A stretch of 63,874 nucleotides of DNA from a virus. Location of the stretch: the IMG/VR virus record IMGVR_UViG_3300037510_000075; one strand, 5' to 3'. Shown piece after piece: positions 5,769 through 15,361 of the stretch. The notes under the pieces were generated by a model. That model had not been told where the DNA came from and did no database searches. It was given only the letters and a program-made list of their open reading frames with translations. A program made the position numbers and the translations under genes. The first letter of the stretch is position 1. Every line of letters starts with the position of its first letter.

Positions 5769-8260
5769 CAGAATTAGCAGCTAGTAAGCTTAAGCTCTGG
5801 AGAGAGCGACCGGACATAATGGTCCGTGAGATATTCAATGCTATTCCAGACCCTTGGCAAGATGACGTACTCAAGAGTTTTCCTACTAATCAACGCATAG
5901 CAATGAAGGCTTCGAAGGGGCCGGGCAAGCAGCTAGCGAAGTCAATAGTCATAGAAACACCTACAGGCAAGAAACGCTGGGGTGATCTTAAAGTAGGTGA
6001 TAAAGTTTGGGCTGTAGATGGTACACCTACTACTGTCCTCAGAATCTTTGAGAATGGTGTACAGCAGTGTTATAAGGTTGTATTCGATGATGGAAGCTAT
6101 ACGTATGCTGGCCCCGAACACAACTGGTCTGTAAGAGGCAACAAAGAACGAGCCTCTGGCTCACAAGAATTTGTGACTCTGACTACTCAGCAAATAATTG
6201 AAAGAGGCGTTAGAATCACCAATGGACGTTGGCAGCAAAGACAATTTGAAATACCAATACACCAACCAGTTCAATATCCTTTTAAAGAATTAAAGATAGA
6301 CCCTTATGTTCTGGGTGTATGGTTAGGTGATGGTTCTAAAAATTGTGGCGCTTACACCGGGATAGACGACTCAATAAAGGAAGAGATTCTTAGTAGAGGT
6401 TATACTTTTGGTAAAGAAGATAAGCTAAACACAGTAAGAACTATTCTGGGTATTCTAGGCTATCTAAAAGAATTAAATATCAGCCATCTGGGCAGCCATG
6501 AAAGATATATACCAGATGAATATAAATACGGGTCTATTCAACAGAGAAAAGACTTATTAGCTGGTTTATTAGATACAGATGGTTGCATCGATAAAGATGA
6601 TGGCCATACAGAGTTTGATTCTACTTCTAAACGATTAGCTAAAGATGTTGTTTGGTTAGTACGTTCTTTAGGTGGTAAGTCTTTCATCAAAGATACTATT
6701 AAGAAGACTTGGTATTATGATGAACATAGAAATAAGGTTCCGGGTAGAGATTGTTATAGAGTTAGTTTAAGACTGCCTTTCAATCCTTTCAAGTCTATGA
6801 AGAAGGCTGTGAGATGGCGTCCTGCTCTTAAGAAGACTCAAACCAGATATCTTACACGCTATATAGATAGAATAGAGCTAGCTCATTACGAAGATTGCTC
6901 TTGTATTCAAGTTGACCACTCTCAACATCTCTATCTAGCTAATGATTTCATAGTAACCCATAATAGCTGTATAGAGGCTTGGTTAGCTTGGAACTTCTTA
7001 TTAACTCGTCCTTTTCCTAAGATTGCAGCTACATCTATTTCAGGTGATAACCTTCGAGATGGTTTGTGGTCTGAGATGGCTAAGTGGAGAGAAAAGTCTC
7101 CTCTTCTTAAAGAAGCTTTCGTCTGGCAAAAAGAAAGAATCTTCTCTAAAGCTTATCCCGAAACTTGGTGGATGAGTGCGAGAAACTGGTCTAAGTCTGC
7201 AGACATCAATTCATTGGGTAATACCCTAGCTGGTCTCCACGCAGACTACATCATGTTTATCTTAGATGAAAGTGGTGGTATTCCAGACGCTATTATGGCG
7301 AGTGCAGAAGCTGCCCTGTCCTCTTGTAAAGAAGGGCATATCATACAAGCCGGAAACCCTACTCACTTAGAAGGGCCTCTTTACAGAGCCTGTACTAAAG
7401 AAAAGGGTTTATGGAAGGTCTTCGAGATCACTTCTGACCCAGATGATCCGAACAGGTCTCCCAGAGTTTCAGTACAATGGGCTAAAGAACAGATCGAAAA
7501 GTACGGTAGAGATAATCCGTGGGTGTTGGTCAACGTCTTCGGTAGATTCCCTCCTCATTCTTTTAATACTCTCATCGGCCCAGATGAAGTTAAAGCTGCT
7601 ATAGATAGAAGATATAAACAACCAGAGTTGGTTCTTCAGCCTGTTGTACTCGGTGTTGACGTAGCCAGATATGGTGACGACTCTTCAATAATTTTCCCTC
7701 GTCAAGGTCTTCAAGCTTATACGCCTTATCAATATAAAAATCTAGACGGTACTGAAGGTGCTGAAAGAGTAATCAGTAAGTGGCGAGAATGGAATGCAGA
7801 TGCTTGTTTCATCGATAACACAGGGGGCTTCGGTGCTTCTTGGATCGATAACATGGTCAGATTAGGCAAGTCACCGATAGGTATTCACTTCTCTCAGACT
7901 GCTATAGACGAACGATATTTCAATAAAAGAGCTGAAATGGCTTTCAATCTCGTTAATTGGATCAAGGCTGGTGGTGCTCTTCCTGATGTACCCGAACTTC
8001 TTTCTGCTTTAACTCAAACTACTTATACTTTTAAAGGTGATAAGTTATTATTAGAAGCTAAAGAAGATGTTAAAGTTAAGTTAGGCCATTCCCCTGATCA
8101 TATGGATGCTTTAATGCTTACTTTTGCCCATCCGGTAGAAAAACAATCGATTAATAATCCTTTTAACCAATCAACTCATCAAATCGAATATAATCCCTTC
8201 TCTAGGGATAAAGTTTATTCTGAAACCGATCAATACGTATATAATCCTAGGAGTTTTTGA
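5765..8260 (+). CDS. terL: terminase large subunit interrupted by an intein (486-aa extein)
   Basis: TTG start overlapping the TerS stop. Walker A KGPGK|S is split by the intein. Walker B-like MFILDESGG is present, as are the nuclease motifs GVDVARYGDDSS, IDNTGGFG and DHMDAL. Confidence 0.9.
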   Translation: MTELAASKLKLWRERPDIMVREIFNAIPDPWQDDVLKSFPTNQRIAMKASKGPGKQLAKSIVIETPTGKKRWGDLKVGDKVWAVDGTPTTVLRIFENGVQQCYKVVFDDGSYTYAGPEHNWSVRGNKERASGSQEFVTLTTQQIIERGVRITNGRWQQRQFEIPIHQPVQYPFKELKIDPYVLGVWLGDGSKNCGAYTGIDDSIKEEILSRGYTFGKEDKLNTVRTILGILGYLKELNISHLGSHERYIPDEYKYGSIQQRKDLLAGLLDTDGCIDKDDGHTEFDSTSKRLAKDVVWLVRSLGGKSFIKDTIKKTWYYDEHRNKVPGRDCYRVSLRLPFNPFKSMKKAVRWRPALKKTQTRYLTRYIDRIELAHYEDCSCIQVDHSQHLYLANDFIVTHNSCIEAWLAWNFLLTRPFPKIAATSISGDNLRDGLWSEMAKWREKSPLLKEAFVWQKERIFSKAYPETWWMSARNWSKSADINSLGNTLAGLHADYIMFILDESGGIPDAIMASAEAALSSCKEGHIIQAGNPTHLEGPLYRACTKEKGLWKVFEITSDPDDPNRSPRVSVQWAKEQIEKYGRDNPWVLVNVFGRFPPHSFNTLIGPDEVKAAIDRRYKQPELVLQPVVLGVDVARYGDDSSIIFPRQGLQAYTPYQYKNLDGTEGAERVISKWREWNADACFIDNTGGFGASWIDNMVRLGKSPIGIHFSQTAIDERYFNKRAEMAFNLVNWIKAGGALPDVPELLSALTQTTYTFKGDKLLLEAKEDVKVKLGHSPDHMDALMLTFAHPVEKQSINNPFNQSTHQIEYNPFSRDKVYSETDQYVYNPRSF
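5930..6964 (+). mobile_element. 345-aa intein with LAGLIDADG homing-endonuclease domain (class-3-like, Gln1)
   Basis: Starts QLAKSIVIETPTG and ends FIVTHN|S. LAGLIDADG motifs are LGVWLGDGSK and LLAGLLDTDGCI. Block B is PEHNW, block F is CSCIQV and block G is VTHN. Confidence 0.85.
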
Positions 8261-8265
8261 TCACA

Positions 8266-8571
8266 ATGTCTTTTAATTTATCTGGCATTCTAAATGCTGT
8301 ATTATCTTTTGTAGAAGCAGAAGCTCTTTCTGTTTGGTCAAAAGTCTCAGGTTCTATCAATGTGATTTTAAATGAAATCCCAGATGATGAAATTACTATC
8401 CTCCATAATGTTATGGCTAAGTTTGCTGATGATCTAAAGGCTGGTAAGCCTGCTGGTGAAGCTGCTGCAGATGCATGGGCTGTTCTAGCTAATGCTGAAG
8501 GTGGTGAAGTGAGTAAGGTTACTCAAGCTGTACTCGATGTATTCATCACATCCTTTGAGAGTAAGAAGTAA
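8266..8571 (+). CDS. hypothetical small acidic protein
   Basis: ORF 8257..8571. The ATG at 8266 is the likely start. Confidence 0.5.
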   Translation: MSFNLSGILNAVLSFVEAEALSVWSKVSGSINVILNEIPDDEITILHNVMAKFADDLKAGKPAGEAAADAWAVLANAEGGEVSKVTQAVLDVFITSFESKK

Positions 8572-8575
8572 GTAA

Positions 8576-9409
8576 ATGTCTTTAACAGAGACCCCACAAA
8601 CTCAACCACACATTGTAGCGGGATATTCTAATGATGCTGGAACTCTAGTACAGCTAGTTAGCCCTTCTAACCCTCTACCCGTCAGCCCTTCTGCCCCTTC
8701 AGGCACTCAAGACGTTAACATCAAACAAGTTAATGGTCACACAGTTCTAGAAGGTGCTGGTGCTACTGGTAATGGTTCTCAAAGAGTAACTATTGCTCAG
8801 GATAGTACTACTGTGGGTGGGGCCTCTTCTCTACCTGCTGGTACTAATATTATAGGTAAAGTAGGTATTGATCAAACTACTCCGGGAACCACTAATGGTG
8901 TAGTTGTTACTTCAAGCTTACCTGCTGGTACTAATAACATCGGTAATGTAGGTGGTAAGACAGTCAGCGTTACAGTAACACCAACGGTCACAGCTTCTAA
9001 CTCATATGGTACTAACTATGTGGTAGGTGGATTGCTGACATTTGCTAATGCATTGACTGCGACAGGTTCAGGTATTATCCAATCTGTTTCAGTGACCTGT
9101 AAAAAGGTAGAAACATCTGGTTTTACACTAACTTTCTTCAAATCTAATCCATCTAATACTACATGGACTGATGCAGCAGCAGCAGCTATTAATGCTTCAG
9201 ATGTTAGTGCTCTTAAAACAACAGTACCATTAACTGCATCTAGCGTTCTTGGAACTTGTACTATTCTTTCGGCTGATGGCCTTGGGATTGCCGCATCCCC
9301 CGGCGCGACATCTGTTTATGCTGTTCTTACGAGTAATGCATCTCTTACAAATCAATTTGGCTCTACTTCAGATATTACTGTAACCATTACAATTCTTCAA
9401 GATTTATAA
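8576..9409 (+). CDS. virion fibre/appendage-like protein
   Basis: 277 aa, Thr/Ser/Gly/Val-rich, with a duplicated SSLPAGTN(I/N)IG(K/N)VG motif. Confidence 0.45.
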   Translation: MSLTETPQTQPHIVAGYSNDAGTLVQLVSPSNPLPVSPSAPSGTQDVNIKQVNGHTVLEGAGATGNGSQRVTIAQDSTTVGGASSLPAGTNIIGKVGIDQTTPGTTNGVVVTSSLPAGTNNIGNVGGKTVSVTVTPTVTASNSYGTNYVVGGLLTFANALTATGSGIIQSVSVTCKKVETSGFTLTFFKSNPSNTTWTDAAAAAINASDVSALKTTVPLTASSVLGTCTILSADGLGIAASPGATSVYAVLTSNASLTNQFGSTSDITVTITILQDL

Positions 9410-9410
9410 T

Positions 9411-10652
9411 ATGACGTTTGTAGGGCCTAAAAGAGCTTTACTCAGAGCAAGACCTAGCTGGGTCAAGCCCGGCGCGTCGTTGGACTTCAAGTTCACGCAG
9501 AACATCGGATGGATCGCGGGCATAGGGCTCGTGAATCCGAATGCGTTTCTGTCGAACTCACGCTCGACGCAGGAGTATGTGCAGAACTCGTCCGGGGTCT
9601 ATGTGCCCGTCGGGGCGAACGTGAATGCGATCTCAGACCTCGGGCTGGCGTCGTGGCAGGCGAGCACGAACCTCTTTACATACAGCCAAAGCGTCAATAA
9701 TTGGACGACAAAAACAGACGAAACGATTTCTGACAACAATATCATTGCGCCCGATGGCACGGTCACTGGCGCACTCGTAACGGAAGGAAGTGCGGGAACG
9801 GCCATTCTGGGTACAAATTCACCCACGACAACCGCAAGCGTCAATCTTACAGCATCAATCTTTGTTAAAAAGTCTGGCACGCAATGGATACGCATTATTT
9901 TTGCGGATAGCTCGCTGACGAATGGGTTCAATCAATGGATTGACCTTACAAACGGCGTGCTTGGTTCACACACTACACGAGGTGCGGGAACTTGGACCTC
10001 TGCATCAATGACCGCTTTTGCAAATGGCTGGTATCGTGTTGTCTTAACTGGGATTATGTCCACCAGCACTACAGCGGAACTTGCAATTATTAGTGCAGCC
10101 GCAGACGGATCAACAACGCGAGTAAACGGGGCTACGTATTATGTGTGGGGGTGCCAGCTCGAAAACAATCAGTCCTTCGCCACCCCGCCAATCCCGACGA
10201 CCAACGCAGCGGTCACGCGGAATGCGGATGTGCCTCAGTTCACAGGACCGGCGCTAGCGACGGCGATTGCGGCGAAGTCATCGCTTGTTCAGACATATGC
10301 AATAGCTGGAACATCTGGAGCAAACCGATTTGTTGATTTTGGCGGACTGCAATTCTTTGACATGACCGGCAGCACATCAGCCAGAATTTCAAACGGTACA
10401 AACACCGCTACTGCAACCCTTGGTTCTGGATCATATTCCGGTATTACCAAGGTATCCGCCGGATTTGACAGCGCGTCACTGACAATCAAGGCGAATGGTG
10501 GAACGGCAGCCACGTCCGCTAACGCATGGGGTGTACCGGCGACGCCTGTATACCTCGGAAACAGTTCGGCAGGAGACCGCGCCCTCAACGGCTTCATTCA
10601 AGAGATCGCCTTTAGCCCGATCAAGGGCGCATTCGATGGGATGACGGCATGA
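9411..10652 (+). CDS. tail fibre / receptor-binding-type protein with high-GC C-terminal body
   Basis: 413 aa. The first ~20 codons have phage-like AT-rich composition, then there is an abrupt GC-rich body. It contains the motif YYVWGCQLE, and the lectin/jelly-roll-like Thr/Ser/Ala-rich sequence is typical of fibre tips. Confidence 0.55.
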   Translation: MTFVGPKRALLRARPSWVKPGASLDFKFTQNIGWIAGIGLVNPNAFLSNSRSTQEYVQNSSGVYVPVGANVNAISDLGLASWQASTNLFTYSQSVNNWTTKTDETISDNNIIAPDGTVTGALVTEGSAGTAILGTNSPTTTASVNLTASIFVKKSGTQWIRIIFADSSLTNGFNQWIDLTNGVLGSHTTRGAGTWTSASMTAFANGWYRVVLTGIMSTSTTAELAIISAAADGSTTRVNGATYYVWGCQLENNQSFATPPIPTTNAAVTRNADVPQFTGPALATAIAAKSSLVQTYAIAGTSGANRFVDFGGLQFFDMTGSTSARISNGTNTATATLGSGSYSGITKVSAGFDSASLTIKANGGTAATSANAWGVPATPVYLGNSSAGDRALNGFIQEIAFSPIKGAFDGMTA

Positions 10653-11002
10653 AGCTCATCCGCACCGTGATCATCGCCTGCCTGCTCACGTCTCCGGCCT
10701 TCGGCATGGGAGCTGTTATTCTGCCGCCAGAGGCGTTCCGCAAGCCCTGCCCGGAAAACCTTCCGGTCTATGAGTTCTACTACTGGGATGTCGCTCGGCA
10801 GTGTAGAGATTGGGGCTCGCCAGCGGAAGGTCGCTACGAAGCTTGTACGGTGTTCCACAACGGAAAAGCAGTGTTTCGCATCATGCCGAAGGTGGACGGG
10901 ATGAACATCACAGCCGACTACCGCAGAAACCTCGACATGCACGAGTGCGCTCATGTGAACGGCTGGGGGCCGGATCATCCCGGCGGGAGTTACGCAGAAT
11001 GA
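10649..11002 (+). CDS. secreted small HExxH protein (putative zinc metallopeptidase or fibre accessory)
   Basis: 117 aa with a Sec-type signal (MKLIRTVIIACLLTSPAFG), several Cys residues and the C-terminal motif DMHECAHVNGW. It has the same high-GC composition and overlaps the upstream stop (ATGA). Confidence 0.5.
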   Translation: MKLIRTVIIACLLTSPAFGMGAVILPPEAFRKPCPENLPVYEFYYWDVARQCRDWGSPAEGRYEACTVFHNGKAVFRIMPKVDGMNITADYRRNLDMHECAHVNGWGPDHPGGSYAE

Positions 11003-11047
11003 CACCTCAACGAGTGTTTTCACTCTAATGGAGAGTATTAATAATTA

Positions 11048-12736
11048 ATGTCTTATTCACCTTCATTATTCAGTTATAAAAACGGTAAGCAATTATCCTC
11101 TTATATGGGGTATGCAGACCCTATGCAGGCTGCAGACACAGATGCTGCTGGTGGATTTGTTTATCTAGATATAGATATTACACGAACAACTAGTTTTACT
11201 GCAACATCTAAATGGATAGGCGCTGGGGGTATTATAACTGCGGGTGCCAATAACATAACAGGTAACTTCTGGGCACCTCCCTCAGTTCAGATGTTTAATG
11301 CTGCAGATACTAATACTGTTACTCTTCCTCAAAGCTCTGAAATTTATGTAGCTTGGTATGGTGCTAAAGGCGACAACACTACAGATGATTCTAATGCTTG
11401 GAATCAAGCCTTAAAAACAGTAGTTAATTGTAAGGGCGGAGCAACACTTAAAGCATCCCCTAATGGGCAATACAAATTTACTTCACAAGTCTCTGGTACT
11501 GTTTTAAATAGCGAACTCAATTCTTTTCCTTTTGGTGCTCAATACGTCATCGACGGTATGGGTTGCACTATCAGCCCTTCTGGCTCTATATCAGGAATGG
11601 ATTTGAAAAGTGGTTCTGCTTTCTCTGGATGGATGTTAAGAAACACTCAATTCTATTTACACAATAATGCATCTGCACCCGCAGCATTAAGATTATATGG
11701 TGCTGTCAATTCTATTGTAGATCGTTGCAATTTTCTATATGGACTTAATTCAGCTAACTTTGCCGCTGTTTCTATCCAAAGTATGGACCCTTCAAATAAT
11801 GACTCCGGGTCTTTTTGGACTACAATTCAAAATTGTGTATTAAGAGTTCAGCAAGGTGGTGATGGTTTTTCACCAACAGGTATATTGGTTTATGGAACAG
11901 CTAATTCTTTAAGAATTCTCAATAACAGAATTACTGGTGTTACAAATGGTATTCTTATTACCAAAGACCCATCAGTGGGCGCTACTACAGCAATACCTAA
12001 TGCTGTTATGATAGCTTTTAATGCATTTGAAACAATTGAAACTAATTGTATTTCAGTGGTAGGTTCTGTGGGTGGGTTTACTGTTGCAGGATTAACTGTA
12101 ATAGGCAACAGATTTGAACACATTGAAAATGCTTCTGCAGTAAAAGGTAATCTAGTCTCATTAACTGGGGCAACTTTTTGGCAGAATAATATTACACCTT
12201 TTATAGGCTTTAATGAAAACATTTCATTTGGAGCTACTATTTGTAATAATCCTAATGCTATTCCAGTAACAATCATAGATTCTTCTGCTAATAAAGGCTA
12301 TAATGAAAATTTACAAGGTTTTACATTTACATCTCAAGACCCTTCTAAAGATGTTCTTACTGTAACCCCTTCTAATGCAAATTCAGGATTAGCTTTAACC
12401 AATCCAGTCGGGACAGTATTAGCGACTCTAAGACAAACTAGCGGCTCTCAAACTACCTTAGCTGGTAGTGGGCTGGTTTTAGGTTTAAGTTTAATCAATG
12501 GTATTAGTGGAACTACTACTATTGCTCAGAATCTAAGGGGAACAGTTACATTTGCTGGAGCAGGTACTGCAACAGTTACTTTTCCGGTAGCAGAAACTAA
12601 TAATACTTACTTTGTAGCTATCTCTGGTTCAGCTAATGAAACTTTCTGGGTTACTAGTAAAACTGCTAATGGATTTACTGTAAACAGCAGCAACGCAGCT
12701 TCTACAGCCGTAGTAAACTGGATTTTAGTACGCTAA
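11048..12736 (+). CDS. tailspike / depolymerase with right-handed beta-helix (pectate-lyase-like)
   Basis: 562 aa. The motif AWYGAKGDNTTDDSNAWNQAL is characteristic of pectate-lyase-3-type tailspikes. It also has a repetitive beta-strand-like Asn/Gly/Thr-rich body. Confidence 0.65.
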   Translation: MSYSPSLFSYKNGKQLSSYMGYADPMQAADTDAAGGFVYLDIDITRTTSFTATSKWIGAGGIITAGANNITGNFWAPPSVQMFNAADTNTVTLPQSSEIYVAWYGAKGDNTTDDSNAWNQALKTVVNCKGGATLKASPNGQYKFTSQVSGTVLNSELNSFPFGAQYVIDGMGCTISPSGSISGMDLKSGSAFSGWMLRNTQFYLHNNASAPAALRLYGAVNSIVDRCNFLYGLNSANFAAVSIQSMDPSNNDSGSFWTTIQNCVLRVQQGGDGFSPTGILVYGTANSLRILNNRITGVTNGILITKDPSVGATTAIPNAVMIAFNAFETIETNCISVVGSVGGFTVAGLTVIGNRFEHIENASAVKGNLVSLTGATFWQNNITPFIGFNENISFGATICNNPNAIPVTIIDSSANKGYNENLQGFTFTSQDPSKDVLTVTPSNANSGLALTNPVGTVLATLRQTSGSQTTLAGSGLVLGLSLINGISGTTTIAQNLRGTVTFAGAGTATVTFPVAETNNTYFVAISGSANETFWVTSKTANGFTVNSSNAASTAVVNWILVR

Positions 12737-13131
12737 TGGACAAAGCTTCAGAACTCCATCTCTTAAAAGTTCATCCAGACTTAATAAAAGTCATTAAAAC
12801 TTCAAAACAAACTCCTCAAGCTTTTATAGTAGTTTATGGTATTCGTACATTAGAGGCTGAAAAACAAGCTGTAGCGACAGGACATTCAACTACGATGCAT
12901 TCAAGACATCTTCCAAATAAAGATGGATTAGCTTGTGCTGTAGATGTAGCTGCTATGAATGATGGCCACATAGACTGGGCTAAAGGCAAAGAACAACAAA
13001 TATATGGTCAAATCTGGGCTCAAATAAAAGAAGCTGCTGATAATCTAGGAATACCCGTGGAATGGGGTGGAGATTGGCAGACATTCAAAGATTGGGGTCA
13101 TATACAACTTCCGTGGAAGGATTACCCTTAA
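12736..13131 (+). CDS. endolysin, peptidase M15 (L-Ala-D-Glu / D-Ala-D-Ala peptidase family)
   Basis: 131 aa. The zinc-ligand pattern SRHL...DGLACAVDV...GGDWQTFKDWGHIQL matches an H-x6-D...H arrangement. Confidence 0.7.
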   Translation: MDKASELHLLKVHPDLIKVIKTSKQTPQAFIVVYGIRTLEAEKQAVATGHSTTMHSRHLPNKDGLACAVDVAAMNDGHIDWAKGKEQQIYGQIWAQIKEAADNLGIPVEWGGDWQTFKDWGHIQLPWKDYP

Positions 13132-13292
13132 TGCCGAGTACTTCGAGCCGTCAAGAAAGATTTATGAGAGCGGCTGCGCATAATAAAGAATTTGCTAAGA
13201 AAGCTGGGATACCTCAATCTGTTGCCAAAGAATTTAATGATGCTGATAAAGCTAAGAAAAAATCTAAAGCTGATAAACTATATAAGAGTTAA
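13131..13292 (+). CDS. 53-aa conserved small protein (DUF3008-like by recollection)
   Basis: The ATG overlaps the endolysin stop (TAATG). The product is MPSTSSRQERFMRAAAHNKEFAKKAGIPQSVAKEFNDADKAKKKSK... Confidence 0.5.
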   Translation: MPSTSSRQERFMRAAAHNKEFAKKAGIPQSVAKEFNDADKAKKKSKADKLYKS

Positions 13293-13297
13293 TTGAT

Positions 13298-13513
13298 ATG
13301 GGATTTATGCAACCAAAACCTCCTGCAGCTAGAATGCCTCCTCCTGCTGCTCATCCGCCTTCTCTTGGGAGTGCTGCTACAGCTCTAGAACAAGAAGCCT
13401 CTAAGAAAAGAGCAGCAGAAGCTGAAGGCATGGGTATGGATGATACTATTAAAACAAGTCCTCAAGGGTTAACAGCCCCTCAAACAGCACGAACCACTCT
13501 ATTAGGCGGTTAA
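13298..13513 (+). CDS. Pro/Ala-rich 71-aa protein
   Basis: ORF directly upstream of the portal gene. I recognise no family. Confidence 0.45.
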   Translation: MGFMQPKPPAARMPPPAAHPPSLGSAATALEQEASKKRAAEAEGMGMDDTIKTSPQGLTAPQTARTTLLGG

Positions 13514-13516
13514 TAC

Positions 13517-15349
13517 GTGGCAGATAAAGAAAACTTTAATACTGCACATTATGAAAAAGCAAGTCCTACTCTTCTTGCTGAACAACCCACCGTAGAGGTA
13601 GAAGATAACCCTAAGATAGACAAAGACTGGCCTATCTTAAGGAGTAGCTGTGAAACGAGATTAGTTGCTCTTCGTAACTGGAGACAGAGTTGGTGGACAC
13701 AAAACTGGAGTGATCTAGCTTTGTTCATCGAACCTAGTCGATCCATTTGGCTTACTCAGTCTGCTGGTGGCAATCCTAATCCTAATAATATGACTAGAGG
13801 CCGTCCTCTCAATACGGCTATTGCTGATCCTACTGCTACTTATGCAGTTAGGGTGTGTGCCTCAGGTTTGATGAGTGGTCTAGCTTCTCCGAGTCGTCCT
13901 TGGTTTAAGATTATTCCCGGTGTACGGAGACTTGAAATAGATGCAGATGCTCGACAGTGGTTAGATGAAATCGAAGACCGTATGTACACGGTTATCGCTG
14001 GTTCTAATTTTTACAATAGTTTCGCACAAGAATGCGCTGACCTTGTTGTGTTCGGTACAGCCCCTTCAATAATTTATGAAGATGACAAAGACCTTATTAG
14101 ACTTTATAACCCGGCTGTGGGTGAATACTATCTTTCTGTTAGTTCGACTGGTCGCGTAGATGGTTTATACCGTCTGTTTGTTCAAACTGTAGCCCAGATA
14201 GTTAATTTCTTTGGTATTGATAAATGTCCAGATGATATTAAAGAACTCTGGAACCAAAAAGGAAATTCTCTTGAAGTTGAGAGACAAGTTGCTCATTCTA
14301 TTGAGCCTAATTTTGGGATTGGTGAGTCAAACGTAGGTAAGATTCCGGGTAACTTTACTTGGAGAGAAGTTTATTGGGTTTATGGTTCTTCTTCTGATCA
14401 ACCTCTGTCTAAAAGAGGGTTTGTAGACGATCCGTTTACTGCTGCTCGTTGGTCAACACAATCTAATGATGCTTACGGTCGTTCACCCGGCATGGATGTA
14501 TTACCCGATGTAATGCAGCTTCAAGTTATGACCCGCAGAATGGCAGAAGCTATCGAGAAGCAAGTTAGACCTCCTTTGATCGGCTCTATGGAGCTTAAAA
14601 ACAAACCTACTTCTACGCTACCCGGTCATCTAACATTCGTCAGCGATTTAGGCCCCGGTAAGGGTATAAGACCTATTTATGAGGTCAACCCTGATGTAAG
14701 GGCTATGTCTGAGAATATTCAGGCTATCGAAAAGAGAATTCAAATCGGATTATTTAATGATCTGTTCTTAATGTTAGAGCAGAAAGTTAATGAAGAGATG
14801 ACGGCTTATGAAGTTGCTCAAAAGATTCAAGAGAAGCTTCAAGTGTTAGGTCCTGTAATCGAGAGTTTAATCTCTGAGTCTCTGAAACCTAAGTTAAAGA
14901 GAATCTTCAATATCCTTAAACGAAAGGGCATGATCGATCCTCCGCCAGACTCTTTAAAGAATATACCATTAGATATAGAATTCGTCTCTATGTTGGCCCT
15001 AGCTCAAAAAGGAGCTGCAACTGGTGGTATTGAAAGATTGATGCAGTTAGTTGGTTCTATGTATAGTGTTTATCCTCAAGTAATCGATAATATTAATTCA
15101 GATGCTGTAATCAGAGAATACAATGATCTCTTAGGTAATCCTCAGAAGATTCTGTTCGGGCCCGATGAAGTTCAACAACAACGCCAAGCAAAGGCACAAC
15201 AGCAACAACAGCAACAACAAATGGCTATGGTTTCACAAGCCGCTGAAGCTGCCGGTAAGGCTGCACCCGCTGCTCAAGTCCTTCAAAATACTCCTGCTGG
15301 AGGCGGACAAAGTGTTCTAGCCTCTATGCTCGGTGGTGGACAAGCATAA
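13517..15349 (+). CDS. portal (head-tail connector) protein
   Basis: 610 aa with a GTG start. The call rests on its size and its position upstream of the scaffold and capsid genes. It has a C-terminal poly-Gln tract. Confidence 0.65.
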   Translation: MADKENFNTAHYEKASPTLLAEQPTVEVEDNPKIDKDWPILRSSCETRLVALRNWRQSWWTQNWSDLALFIEPSRSIWLTQSAGGNPNPNNMTRGRPLNTAIADPTATYAVRVCASGLMSGLASPSRPWFKIIPGVRRLEIDADARQWLDEIEDRMYTVIAGSNFYNSFAQECADLVVFGTAPSIIYEDDKDLIRLYNPAVGEYYLSVSSTGRVDGLYRLFVQTVAQIVNFFGIDKCPDDIKELWNQKGNSLEVERQVAHSIEPNFGIGESNVGKIPGNFTWREVYWVYGSSSDQPLSKRGFVDDPFTAARWSTQSNDAYGRSPGMDVLPDVMQLQVMTRRMAEAIEKQVRPPLIGSMELKNKPTSTLPGHLTFVSDLGPGKGIRPIYEVNPDVRAMSENIQAIEKRIQIGLFNDLFLMLEQKVNEEMTAYEVAQKIQEKLQVLGPVIESLISESLKPKLKRIFNILKRKGMIDPPPDSLKNIPLDIEFVSMLALAQKGAATGGIERLMQLVGSMYSVYPQVIDNINSDAVIREYNDLLGNPQKILFGPDEVQQQRQAKAQQQQQQQQMAMVSQAAEAAGKAAPAAQVLQNTPAGGGQSVLASMLGGGQA

Positions 15350-15361
15350 AAAGGAAAAGAT

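Noticed and set aside
9468-10985. CCCGGCG at both edges of the high-GC fibre cassette as a target-site duplication.
   Set aside because: A 7-mer made only of G/C within GC-rich DNA is not statistically meaningful.
9509-11028. ORFs 9509..9700(+), 9599..9931(-), 10145..10336(+), 10289..10597(-), 10598..11023(-) and 10810..11028(+).
   Set aside because: They all lie within the high-GC cassette and overlap the two long, contiguous, ATGA-coupled plus-strand genes. They are Arg/Ala/Pro-rich shadow products.
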